DNA of 29,027 nucleotides from a virus. Positions 16,891-25,305 of the stretch are shown here, in pieces. Each line of letters starts with the position of its first letter. Position 1 is the first letter of the stretch. The notes below the pieces were generated by a model that saw only the letters and a program-made list of their open reading frames with translations, ran no database searches and was not told the DNA's origin. A program made the position numbers and the translations under genes. The DNA lies in IMG/VR virus record IMGVR_UViG_3300014039_000003, positions 64,001-93,027 of that record, one strand, 5' to 3'.

Positions 16891-17437
16891 AAGACGATCG
16901 TATACATATAGAGCTTGTAGAAGCCTTCTTCGAAGATGTCAGCCTGTGCATACCAACCCTGATTGGTCTATAGGCTTATACCACGGACGAAAGACCGCTC
17001 GTAAGGTAGGTTTTAGGGATTTTAGCCTGTACCACATCTCTATCTCGGATGCTCGTAGGGGTAACTTGGTGCGTAGAGCGGGCTTTTACCAGTTTTTTTA
17101 AAATTTAAAAAAGCACCAATCTACCTGACCCGTAGAAGATAGCCTCTACTATGGGCAGGATTTGTGTAGTTCTGAGGGTCTATTTTGACGACGTGTGAGT
17201 GGTGTTGATTAACTAAGCGGTTTTTCACTAATATTTTTCTGCTATAGGTTTAAAATAGCCCCCGTGGGGCGTAGAATCCATAAAGCGGTATTTTATGGAT
17301 TATTATGCATAGATAGTCGAGGTATACAAGCTATGATATTTTAGTGCTATATAAGCATTATTTTTGTTGTATTTACAACACGTCAACACGTCAACACTGC
17401 ATTATATTTTATCACACATATATTACCATAAAACAAA

Positions 17438-17488
17438 ATAAAAAATACCTATACACCGAAAGATAAAATCTAATCGTATATAGGTATT
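17438..17488 (-). terminator. Probable terminator downstream of the Xre pair
   Basis: AATACCTATA...TATAGGTATT inverted repeat, followed by T-rich sequence on the minus strand. Confidence 0.45.
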
Positions 17489-17627
17489 ATATTATATATT
17501 ATATATAGCTCTATAGGTGCAATATTATACATAATAGCGCGTAGACCGTCTGACCGTCTGCGGCAGCGTCGCACGGTGTAGCCGTGCCCCGTAGACCCGT
17601 GCGAGGGTATTGTGCTATTATAGAATA

Positions 17628-17987
17628 TTATATATCATCGTTGGTACTGCTGCATGACGGCGGTAGGTGCAGTATGCCGCGCACATAGTCGGCGGATAGG
17701 TTAGCGGCGGCGGCAACGGTGGTTATAGCCGTGTCCAGATCCGGCGGGGCGGGTGTTGGTGCGGTGGTGGCACGGTCGAGTAGGTTATCTATAGATATAT
17801 TAAGATAGTCGCATATGCGGGCAATGGTGATATAAGATATAGCCGTACCGCGTGTCATATGATATATTGTATCTTTGTTTACCGATAGTTCTTGTAGCAT
17901 ATCTTTTAATGTGACATTATGTGACGTACACTCTTTTTTTATCTTTTGTGCAATAATAGACGGTTCATAGTTGTTAATATTAGACAA
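17628..17987 (-). CDS. Xre-family HTH transcriptional regulator
   Basis: KIKKECTSHNVTLKDMLQELSVNKDTIYHM...IARICDYLNISIDNLL pattern; TTG start. Confidence 0.8.
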   Translation of the reverse strand: MSNINNYEPSIIAQKIKKECTSHNVTLKDMLQELSVNKDTIYHMTRGTAISYITIARICDYLNISIDNLLDRATTAPTPAPPDLDTAITTVAAAANLSADYVRGILHLPPSCSSTNDDI

Positions 17988-18025
17988 TACATAACCCCCA
18001 AAACATATAGTTATATGTGCAATAG

Positions 18026-18397
18026 TTACAAAGATGTGTTACCTATATTGTCTATTGGTAAGTGTAATAAGCCGCGTATATAATCGGTGGATACGCCTTG
18101 AGTGCGGGCGATTATATCTATAGCGTCCGATATTGTCGGTGTAGGTGTAGTATTATCTGATAATAAAGTATTTATATCTATCAATAGATAGTTGCATACT
18201 TGAATTAATGCTTTAATTGATGGATAACTGCCGCGCGTATCCATATAATAGAGCATATTTTTAGATATGTCTAAGTCGTGCAACATCGTACTAACAGATA
18301 TATTTTTATCTTTTGCGGCTTGCTTTATTCTTTTTGAGATTATAGGCGGCTCAATGTCCGTCATGTTGTACAACTCGGCGGGCTTATTTTCATTCAT
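18026..18397 (-). CDS. Xre-family HTH transcriptional regulator (paralog of neighbour)
   Basis: RIKQAAKDKNISVSTMLHDLDISKNMLYYM...PSIKALIQVCNYLLIDINTLL. ATG at 18397 has GGAGG upstream. Confidence 0.8.
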   Translation of the reverse strand: MNENKPAELYNMTDIEPPIISKRIKQAAKDKNISVSTMLHDLDISKNMLYYMDTRGSYPSIKALIQVCNYLLIDINTLLSDNTTPTPTISDAIDIIARTQGVSTDYIRGLLHLPIDNIGNTSL

Positions 18398-18441
18398 TTG
18401 TTGTGCAATCCTCCAAAGGTAGAAAAATATAGAAAAATCTG

Positions 18442-18470
18442 TTGACTTTGTCACCAATTGGTGCTAATAT
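18442..18470 (+). promoter_or_regulatory. Rightward sigma-A promoter with a palindromic operator in its spacer
   Basis: TTGACT-17 nt-TAATAT. The perfect palindrome CACCAATTGGTG lies at 18452-18463. Confidence 0.7.
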
Positions 18471-18582
18471 ATAGGCGTACCAAACAAGGACACCGCGGAT
18501 CAGCCGCCGATGATGAGCCATTGAGCCACGCGGATAAGGCGCGCGGGGATCTCGCAAAGTACAGATTGTCCGAATATCCACC

Positions 18583-18611
18583 ATTATAAAACAAGGAGGT
18601 TAAAAAGTCAA
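18583..18611 (-). promoter_or_regulatory. Leftward sigma-A promoter for the Xre pair
   Basis: Minus strand reads TTGACT-17 nt-TATAAT. Confidence 0.75.
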
Positions 18612-19314
18612 GCAACGGAAAGCGGAACACATAAATATTATTGTTAGCCTTGCAATACTTTGATATTGCTATCACGCTATGACGGTCAAAAGACTATCAG
18701 CTAAAGGCGGCGCGTGCCGTGACGCGTTTATCGTATACAATAATATTGTTAAATATCGGTAACGGCGGCGGGACACTCTCAACCGTTACCATGCCGCATA
18801 GGGGCGCTATGCGGGGCGAATAAAGGCATTTTATTACAAGTCCGTAAAGGATTAAAGAAATAACTGCCATTTAAGCGGGTGTATTATCTACTTAAATACT
18901 TTAATTCTGTTGTGCTAAAATGGAGAGTCCGGGGACGGCTTGAACCCGTCCGAACCTTTGAGTTCCTTTGCCGTTGGTATTGATATATACGCGATAAAGT
19001 ATATCAATAATAAGAAAAAAATAACCCGTGCATTAATGCTATAAAGATATTTTAGCTTTACACTGCCCGCGATATTTCTTAGGAAATACGGATAACGGGC
19101 GGCAATTTTTTATTCTTAGGAATAAATATTTATCGTAAAGCGGGGATATTTATATTTCATTGTTGGAAAATGTACGGTGACGAGTAATAATTGATACGTT
19201 GAGATATTAAGACATTTTAACACATTTCGAGCGCGTGAACTGTTGCAAGTTTGCGCGTTTTTTAATGTGCTAAAAAGCATATAAAAATTTTATTAAAGGA
19301 CGGTAAAAAAAATC

Positions 19315-20454
19315 ATGAAAAAGACAACGGAGAAAAAAGTATTACGGAACATCGCAGATATCAGATCAGACCTTGAAACACGCATTAACGCATATAATGC
19401 GGCGGTAAATGACGAGAACACAAAAGCGGCAGACCTTGAAAAGCTCGACAATGAAACGTCAGAACTTGAAAAAGAGTATGCCCGCGCGGCGTTCCATGCG
19501 GCGGCGCTTGAGCTGCTCGACAATGACGCGCCTATGCTCGCAGCGGCTACGGCTCTTAATTTTGAAACGCTCAAGTATAAAGATAAAGAGGATGAGAACG
19601 GCATAAAGTCGCGCGAACTTGTCACGGCTGAACGCCCGCTTGATTTTGTTTCCCTTGAATCATTCTTTGTTGAGCGCGGAAAGAAATTCGGTTCTGAATC
19701 TGCATGGGTTTATAAAGTCGCGGCTTTTAACCGTCTGCTCTGCATGAGAACGGCTCAGAGTATCGGCGCGGACGTGAAAACGGTTGCGGAAAAGTTTGCT
19801 ACGCCTACACAAGCCCGCGATATAAATCTTGGCAAAACTCCGACAAGCAACACGCAGTTATTAAAACAGTTACAGATGATAATTGACTCCATGATTTATG
19901 CGGAGGGCGAAAAGGGTAATATCTATAAAGCAAATTCGCACGATGTCGGCTATTTGCTGTCCCTTTACGCGAAAAAGGGGCGCGGTGTTCTGAGCGTTGT
20001 GGCTGCTCGCCCGAAATATCTCGAAAAGCTCATCGCGGAAATCCTCCATCGCATAGTTACCGAAAAAGCCTATAACATCGAGTTCAAGGAAAAGAAAGAA
20101 CGCGTAAGCGGCAAGATAGACCCTAAACCCGCCGGGACTGTTGAGTCTGCAAGAAAGTCCGCGAAGAAGTCGAGCGCGAAGGCTCAGACGGAAATTGAAC
20201 GCGCGAGACGTGCCGCCGATAAAGTCCGCAAAAAAGCAAAAGCGGAAGCGAAAAAAATTCAAGCTGAGAATGGCGGCGCGTCTGTAGCTGCGCCGTGGCT
20301 GCTCGACGCAATGCACAAACTCATCGAAGAGAAAAAAGCTGGAAAAATCACGGACGAGGAATTTAATAAATATCTTGAGTATGCCGAAAACAGAGATATC
20401 GAGGAGGGCGGTATAGGATTCTACGGTGTAAACAGCAAGGAAAAGTCCGCATAA
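19315..20454 (+). CDS. Hypothetical phage protein (379 aa), first gene of the rightward arm
   Basis: Long ORF with an SD-like AAAGGA upstream, a coiled-coil-like N-terminus and a Lys/Ala-rich C-terminus. No recognised family. Confidence 0.75.
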   Translation: MKKTTEKKVLRNIADIRSDLETRINAYNAAVNDENTKAADLEKLDNETSELEKEYARAAFHAAALELLDNDAPMLAAATALNFETLKYKDKEDENGIKSRELVTAERPLDFVSLESFFVERGKKFGSESAWVYKVAAFNRLLCMRTAQSIGADVKTVAEKFATPTQARDINLGKTPTSNTQLLKQLQMIIDSMIYAEGEKGNIYKANSHDVGYLLSLYAKKGRGVLSVVAARPKYLEKLIAEILHRIVTEKAYNIEFKEKKERVSGKIDPKPAGTVESARKSAKKSSAKAQTEIERARRAADKVRKKAKAEAKKIQAENGGASVAAPWLLDAMHKLIEEKKAGKITDEEFNKYLEYAENRDIEEGGIGFYGVNSKEKSA

Positions 20455-20521
20455 AAAAATTTTACGCTCAAAAGTGAAATTAAATCAAAATTAAAAATCA
20501 AAATCAGAAAGGAAACCCAAA

Positions 20522-20737
20522 ATGAAAACTAAAACAAAAATATATGCAATAATCGCAACTATCATGACCGCTTGTTATGCCGTACTGATCGCCCTGAGCG
20601 CGTGGAATTTCGCCGTCCAGATGAAAATTAATGCGCTCAAAAATGACGGTAGGGATGTTATTCATACCGACGCCGCCGCCTTCGCGGAGATCTGCGACGA
20701 AATCGACCACTTAAAGACTCTTAAAGCGTGGAATTAA
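20522..20737 (+). CDS. Small protein with an N-terminal hydrophobic/signal segment
   Basis: SD AGAAAGGA; sequence begins MKTKTKIYAIIATIMTACYAVLIALSAW. Confidence 0.65.
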   Translation: MKTKTKIYAIIATIMTACYAVLIALSAWNFAVQMKINALKNDGRDVIHTDAAAFAEICDEIDHLKTLKAWN

Positions 20738-20765
20738 AACAAAATCAGGAAGGAAATTGAAAATC

Positions 20766-20909
20766 ATGGATGAAATTCAGGTTGAAATTTGGGGTGCACT
20801 TTGCAATCTCGACGGCGAAACGGTTGCAAGACTGTTTACAAATTACTACGGAAATCAGCTTTTGACCGATGATTTCCGCGAGTTTATAGAGGAGGAAGGC
20901 GCAATATGA
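20766..20909 (+). CDS. Hypothetical protein (47 aa)
   Basis: MDEIQVEIWGALCNLDGETVARLFTNYYGNQLLTDDFREFIEEEGAI, with SD GGAAGGA and an ATGA overlap with the next gene. Confidence 0.6.
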   Translation: MDEIQVEIWGALCNLDGETVARLFTNYYGNQLLTDDFREFIEEEGAI

Positions 20910-21085
20910 AAATCAAAAACGGAAACGAAACCGTATATGAAATCATAACCAATCACGATTTTACACTCGATGAAGCTATAGCCTTCGCGGGTGAATATTC
21001 GAACGACGCCGCCATAAACGGCGAGCCGGAAGTCACGATAAACGACAAGAAATATTATTATGAGGAGTTGTATCTGGAATGGTAA
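20906..21085 (+). CDS. Hypothetical protein (59 aa)
   Basis: MKIKNGNETVYEIITNHDFTLDEAIAFAGE..., with SD GAGGAGG and translational coupling. Confidence 0.6.
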   Translation: MKIKNGNETVYEIITNHDFTLDEAIAFAGEYSNDAAINGEPEVTINDKKYYYEELYLEW

Positions 21086-21519
21086 GTACCTACGAAATAG
21101 AAGCCCGCGACTTTATGACACGAAACAAAATCAAAATGAGTATCACATTCAAAGACCGCGAAGTAAATCGACTTTGGAATGAAAACGCAATACGAAATCG
21201 CTACACGGTTTATATCCAGAACACCGATACCGACGAGGCTATGAGCGTCATATTTTGGGATTCCATCTACGATACAGAGCACAATATCACGCCGACTTGC
21301 TATGACATTCTGGCGTGTTTGACGAAGTATGACCCCGGCGACTACGAGGAATTCTGTTCTGAATTCGGATATGAAACCGAAATTGAAAATCAGTTCGGCA
21401 GATTTACGCGAAATGAAACCGCCTATAAGATTTGGCAGGCGTGCTACGACGAATGGGAAAAGGTAAAGCGCGTATTCGGCGAGGGTGAAACACTCGAAGA
21501 ACTGCGTGAAATAAACTAA
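21079..21519 (+). CDS. Hypothetical phage protein (146 aa)
   Basis: SD GAGGAG; contains PTCYDILACL...YEEFCSEFGY. Confidence 0.7.
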   Translation: MVSTYEIEARDFMTRNKIKMSITFKDREVNRLWNENAIRNRYTVYIQNTDTDEAMSVIFWDSIYDTEHNITPTCYDILACLTKYDPGDYEEFCSEFGYETEIENQFGRFTRNETAYKIWQACYDEWEKVKRVFGEGETLEELREIN

Positions 21520-21626
21520 AGAAAATCACTTTAATGAAATTATATTCCCGAGGTGTTTCTGTTCTCAAAACATAATCTAAATACTACAAAATTAAAGTGA
21601 AAAACGAAAGGAGCGAACATTTTACT

Positions 21627-21833
21627 ATGTCATATGAAAAGTTTGTAAAGGGAGTGATATGGAAAGTCGGATTTGAAACGAAAATCCGTTTTGAAAACGA
21701 CGGCGAAAAGTATACGGCATACATAACGGGCGGAATCATTATCTACGGAAATAGCATATCCGCTCTTGTATTGGTGCGCTGGGGCGACGGTCATTCGGCG
21801 CGAATAAATTTAGAGGAGGAAAGAAAATCATGA
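21627..21833 (+). CDS. Hypothetical protein (68 aa)
   Basis: ATG at 21627 after SD GAAAGGAG, preferred over GTG at 21597. Confidence 0.55.
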   Translation: MSYEKFVKGVIWKVGFETKIRFENDGEKYTAYITGGIIIYGNSISALVLVRWGDGHSARINLEEERKS

Positions 21834-22009
21834 GCTATAGCACCTATGGAGTCGAAGTCGAAAAGCAAAACGGTTTGGTAATTGGAAAGCGTTTTGATAA
21901 TCTCGACGACGCGATGTGTGTAGCTGAGCGCGCTGTTTATGAGCGCGGCTGCGTGTGGTCTTGTGTGCATATGCCTAACGGAGATATTTATGTTGAGTAT
22001 GAGATGTAA
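21830..22009 (+). CDS. Hypothetical protein (59 aa)
   Basis: MSYSTYGVEVEKQNGLVIGKRFDNLDDAMCVAE..., with SD GAGGAGG and an ATGA overlap. Confidence 0.6.
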   Translation: MSYSTYGVEVEKQNGLVIGKRFDNLDDAMCVAERAVYERGCVWSCVHMPNGDIYVEYEM

Positions 22010-22048
22010 ATCGAAATGAAAATTAAATTCTGAAAGGAAAATGAAATT

Positions 22049-22882
22049 ATGTCACTTGCACTTGTTAACAATTCTATGAACGAAGCCTATGATACCCGCG
22101 CCCTCTACATCGAAACGATTTTGCGGAACGTACCGGAAATCGGTGGGCTGAAATTTGCCGAGATACCGGTCGATCTGCTGAGCGTCCCCGCAACCTATCA
22201 GCGCCCGCAGCACGGACACGAAAAGGAAATCGCTAAACAGTGGAACAAGAAAAAGGCGGGTGCGCTTGTAGTCAGCTACCGAGACGGGCAGCTCTATGTT
22301 ATCGACGGACAGCATAGGCTTATAGCGGCGCGAATGGTAGGCGAGCAGACAATGCCGTGTCAGATTTACGAGGGGCTGAGTGAAGCAGACGAGGCTCTTA
22401 TTTTCGGAAAGCAGGACGAAAACAAAATCAAATTGAAAACCATAGAGAAAATCTATGCTCTGTTTGTCGGCGGCGACGCAAAGGCAATGAAGCTCAAGCA
22501 GATATGCGATGATTATGGCGTGGTACTCTTCCCGCAGGACAGCAAGGAAACGAAACCAATGCTCACCGGTCTGCGTGTGACTCTGACCGCGCTCAATGCC
22601 TATGGCGAGGACTGCGTAAAATGGATTTTCGATACGATTAAGAAATCGGGTTGGCATCTTGTTTCGGGTGCGTATTGTGAAGCCGATATAAATTCACTTC
22701 GTAATCTGTATGTCGCTCATAGAAACGAAATCGATAAGGTTCAGGGTATCGTTGTGAATATTTACAAGCGAACAAATTACGACCATATCCAGTCACTGGC
22801 AACCGTACAGTACCCGGCGAGAACTAAAATCGCATCTCTGACGGCTCTGCTCGAAGCAGCCGTTGAAGAAAATGTCGCGTAA
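22049..22882 (+). CDS. ParB/Srx-like N-terminal domain protein
   Basis: YQRP and YVIDGQHRL motifs. Confidence 0.75.
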   Translation: MSLALVNNSMNEAYDTRALYIETILRNVPEIGGLKFAEIPVDLLSVPATYQRPQHGHEKEIAKQWNKKKAGALVVSYRDGQLYVIDGQHRLIAARMVGEQTMPCQIYEGLSEADEALIFGKQDENKIKLKTIEKIYALFVGGDAKAMKLKQICDDYGVVLFPQDSKETKPMLTGLRVTLTALNAYGEDCVKWIFDTIKKSGWHLVSGAYCEADINSLRNLYVAHRNEIDKVQGIVVNIYKRTNYDHIQSLATVQYPARTKIASLTALLEAAVEENVA

Positions 22883-22991
22883 AATTTTGAGAAGATTTTG
22901 GTAAATAGCCGAAATCGAGTTGTAAGATAGAGCCGCCGTGAAAGGGAAACCAATTTCGGCGGCTAATTTAAAGTCAGAAAGGAAATGAATT

Positions 22992-23246
22992 ATGGAAATC
23001 GAAAATGATAATCAGATACCGTGCTCAGAGTGCATACACTATGCGTCTTGTACTTTTTGGTGTATGGAGGAACTGGGGTATGGTCTTGACCCCGGCGAAA
23101 CGTTAAGAGGATGCAGAGATGTCATACCTCTGTCGGCAATAAAATTTACTGATCCGGAAGTCGAAGCCAGATTTATGGACGAACACTTAAAAGCAAGGGA
23201 TTGGAAAGCACTTTGGTACAGACATATAGACCCCGACGACGATTAA
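22992..23246 (+). CDS. Small Cys-containing hypothetical protein
   Basis: SD AGAAAGGA; CSECIHYASC motif. Confidence 0.6.
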   Translation: MEIENDNQIPCSECIHYASCTFWCMEELGYGLDPGETLRGCRDVIPLSAIKFTDPEVEARFMDEHLKARDWKALWYRHIDPDDD

Positions 23247-23264
23247 ATCAGAAAGGAAACCAAA

Positions 23265-23474
23265 ATGAAAATCAACGAGGAAATGAAAGATTGGATAGAT
23301 TTTAGTGAAATTCGTTGCGGAGATGTGTTTCGTACTGAGGACGACGATTACTATATGAAGGTAAGTGGGTCAGCGAAGCACAACGCTGTTAGAGTTGGTA
23401 CAGGGCAGTTAGCCTATTTCGGTGGCGAGCTTGTTAGTCCGATTCGCAATGCGGAAATGGTAGTTAAATTCTGA
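23265..23474 (+). CDS. Hypothetical protein (69 aa)
   Basis: SD AGAAAGGA; FSEIRCGDVF...YMKV pattern. Confidence 0.65.
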   Translation: MKINEEMKDWIDFSEIRCGDVFRTEDDDYYMKVSGSAKHNAVRVGTGQLAYFGGELVSPIRNAEMVVKF

Positions 23475-23487
23475 AAGGAGAATCAAA

Positions 23488-23682
23488 ATGAAAATTGAAA
23501 TCAAAACCGAAAATGCCGCTTTCCACGATTATGACGCGGAAAACGAATATGTTGACTACTACACCACGGCAGTTGAGCTTGACCGAATTTTCGGGCAGAT
23601 AAGCAGGGCTGTAGCCGAAGGGCGAACGGAAGGCAAGGTGATAGACAGCAACGGAAACAGGTGCGGAGAATGGAGTGCCTGA
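23488..23682 (+). CDS. Hypothetical protein (64 aa)
   Basis: SD GAAAGGAG; IKTENAAF...IDSNGNRCGEW pattern. Confidence 0.65.
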   Translation: MKIEIKTENAAFHDYDAENEYVDYYTTAVELDRIFGQISRAVAEGRTEGKVIDSNGNRCGEWSA

Positions 23683-23893
23683 AATGAAAATGATTTTCGT
23701 TGTGGTCGTCATTACCGAAAACGGTAAGCATTCTGCCCTTGCCGACACGATAGCGACGGGCAACAATTTAGTGCCTATACTCAAAAGATACAACGCTGAT
23801 ATATGCCATTTATGCGAAAGCCGTAGAGAAGCGGACGAGCTGGCGCGGAAATGGAATGAGGCGTATAGGCAAAACGGCACAAACTTATTTTAA
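23675..23893 (+). CDS. Hypothetical protein (~70 aa)
   Basis: In-operon ORF; the start may instead be ATG at 23684. Confidence 0.55.
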   Translation: MPEMKMIFVVVVITENGKHSALADTIATGNNLVPILKRYNADICHLCESRREADELARKWNEAYRQNGTNLF

Positions 23894-23911
23894 ATTAGAA
23901 GGGGAATCGAA

Positions 23912-24115
23912 ATGGAATTGAAATTCGCAATCACAACTGTAATTGAAATTGCTTTCGTCGTCGCGTTTCTGTATGCACTGTGGCACGAGGGCAAAATTAT
24001 AGCTTTCGAGGAACGGATAGAGGATGCCGTAGCTCGATGGCTTGCAAAGAAAATCATAAGCAGAAGGAGGAGAGCTGCGATTGACAGAAGCAGACAGAAT
24101 GAAAAGGTTCGTTAA
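23912..24115 (+). CDS. Small membrane protein
   Basis: Hydrophobic N-terminus, basic C-terminus, SD GAAGGGG. Confidence 0.6.
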   Translation: MELKFAITTVIEIAFVVAFLYALWHEGKIIAFEERIEDAVARWLAKKIISRRRRAAIDRSRQNEKVR

Positions 24116-24245
24116 ACACAAAATCAAAGTCCTAAAGGAATTGGGCGTGAATTTGACAACCGAAGATGAAAAGCGTTTGGCGACGGCTTCAAGTTATATC
24201 GCCGTAGATAATATGGCGAGAACAATGATTCAGAAATTAAATTAA
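24081..24245 (+). CDS. Hypothetical protein (54 aa)
   Basis: TTG after AGGAGG: MTEADRMKRFVKHKIKVLKELGVNLTTEDEKRLATASSYIAVDNMARTMIQKLN. Confidence 0.5.
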   Translation: MTEADRMKRFVKHKIKVLKELGVNLTTEDEKRLATASSYIAVDNMARTMIQKLN

Positions 24246-24264
24246 AATTCAGGAGGAAAACGAA

Positions 24265-25011
24265 ATGAGATTTCAGGTTGGAGATCGAGTGAAAGCCATC
24301 CGAAATATATATGGTTTTAAGATTGATTCGTTTACCGGAACAATAACTGTAATATCCGGAAACAGTATAGGGGTGGCTTTTGATTCTTATATATCAGGCG
24401 CACATAATCTTGATGGATACTGCGAAAATGGTTATGGGTTATGGGTTAGTGAAGATGATTTGGAGCTTATTGGTAGATCAACGCCCGAATCGACGCTCAA
24501 GAAATGCAACGAGCGAGAAACACTGACTTTTGCGACGCCGGAACAGATTGTCGAAACTGTAAACAAAACGGAAATCGGATCGACTTTTGCAATCAACGGG
24601 CTTAAGGCGGTTGTGGTTGAACGGAACAATGGATTAGTGTGGTGCATTTCAGAGCCGATACGGTGGGGCAACAAATCGTTTGATTCATTCTTAGCTCAGT
24701 ATCATTCTATTATGGCAGACTACGATTGGAGTATGGAGGATTTTGGAGATGATAAGGAACATCTTTCGCGAAAAGGAAAAGCGTTTCCGATATCTCTTGA
24801 TGATTGGCGAAAACATTGGGACAAGATGGGCAGTTTCAAGATAGTGAATTCTATTAATGACCCTATTCGTCTCTCGACTGGATTTAAAAATGTGTCATTT
24901 GTTGTGCGAGATATTCATTCGCGTAGAGTCGACGCGGGCTTGTTTAGCGGTGATCCTAATGTATGGGATAACACAACTTGCGTTAAGTTTGCTATCAAGG
25001 AGGAAACCTAA
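24265..25011 (+). CDS. Hypothetical protein with an N-terminal SH3/KOW-like 'F.VGDRV' domain
   Basis: MRFQVGDRVKAIRN...GTITVI...IGVAFD; SD AGGAGG. Confidence 0.7.
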   Translation: MRFQVGDRVKAIRNIYGFKIDSFTGTITVISGNSIGVAFDSYISGAHNLDGYCENGYGLWVSEDDLELIGRSTPESTLKKCNERETLTFATPEQIVETVNKTEIGSTFAINGLKAVVVERNNGLVWCISEPIRWGNKSFDSFLAQYHSIMADYDWSMEDFGDDKEHLSRKGKAFPISLDDWRKHWDKMGSFKIVNSINDPIRLSTGFKNVSFVVRDIHSRRVDAGLFSGDPNVWDNTTCVKFAIKEET

Positions 25012-25281
25012 ATGGAAAACAATTTCAAGATTGGCGATAGAGTTAGATGTATAAGGAATCTTTATGGTTATTCGTTAGATGGAAGGCTTGGAACGGTCTG
25101 TGAGGTGATCGATGGGGTTGGAGGTATAGGTGTAGACTTCGATGAAAAGCCCGCCTGTCTGTTTGCAGATGAAAAGCCCACCCGTCTGCTTACAGATGGG
25201 ATTCTTTGGGGCTATACAGAAGCATTTATTTATGCTAACTGCAAGAAAGCGTCAGAAAGAGAATACATAACAGAAATGTAA
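25012..25281 (+). CDS. Short paralog of the upstream N-terminal domain
   Basis: FKIGDRVRCIRNLYG...GTVCEV...IGVDFD; SD AAGGAGG. Confidence 0.65.
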   Translation: MENNFKIGDRVRCIRNLYGYSLDGRLGTVCEVIDGVGGIGVDFDEKPACLFADEKPTRLLTDGILWGYTEAFIYANCKKASEREYITEM

Positions 25282-25305
25282 TTTAAAAATCAGGAGGAAT
25301 TTAAA

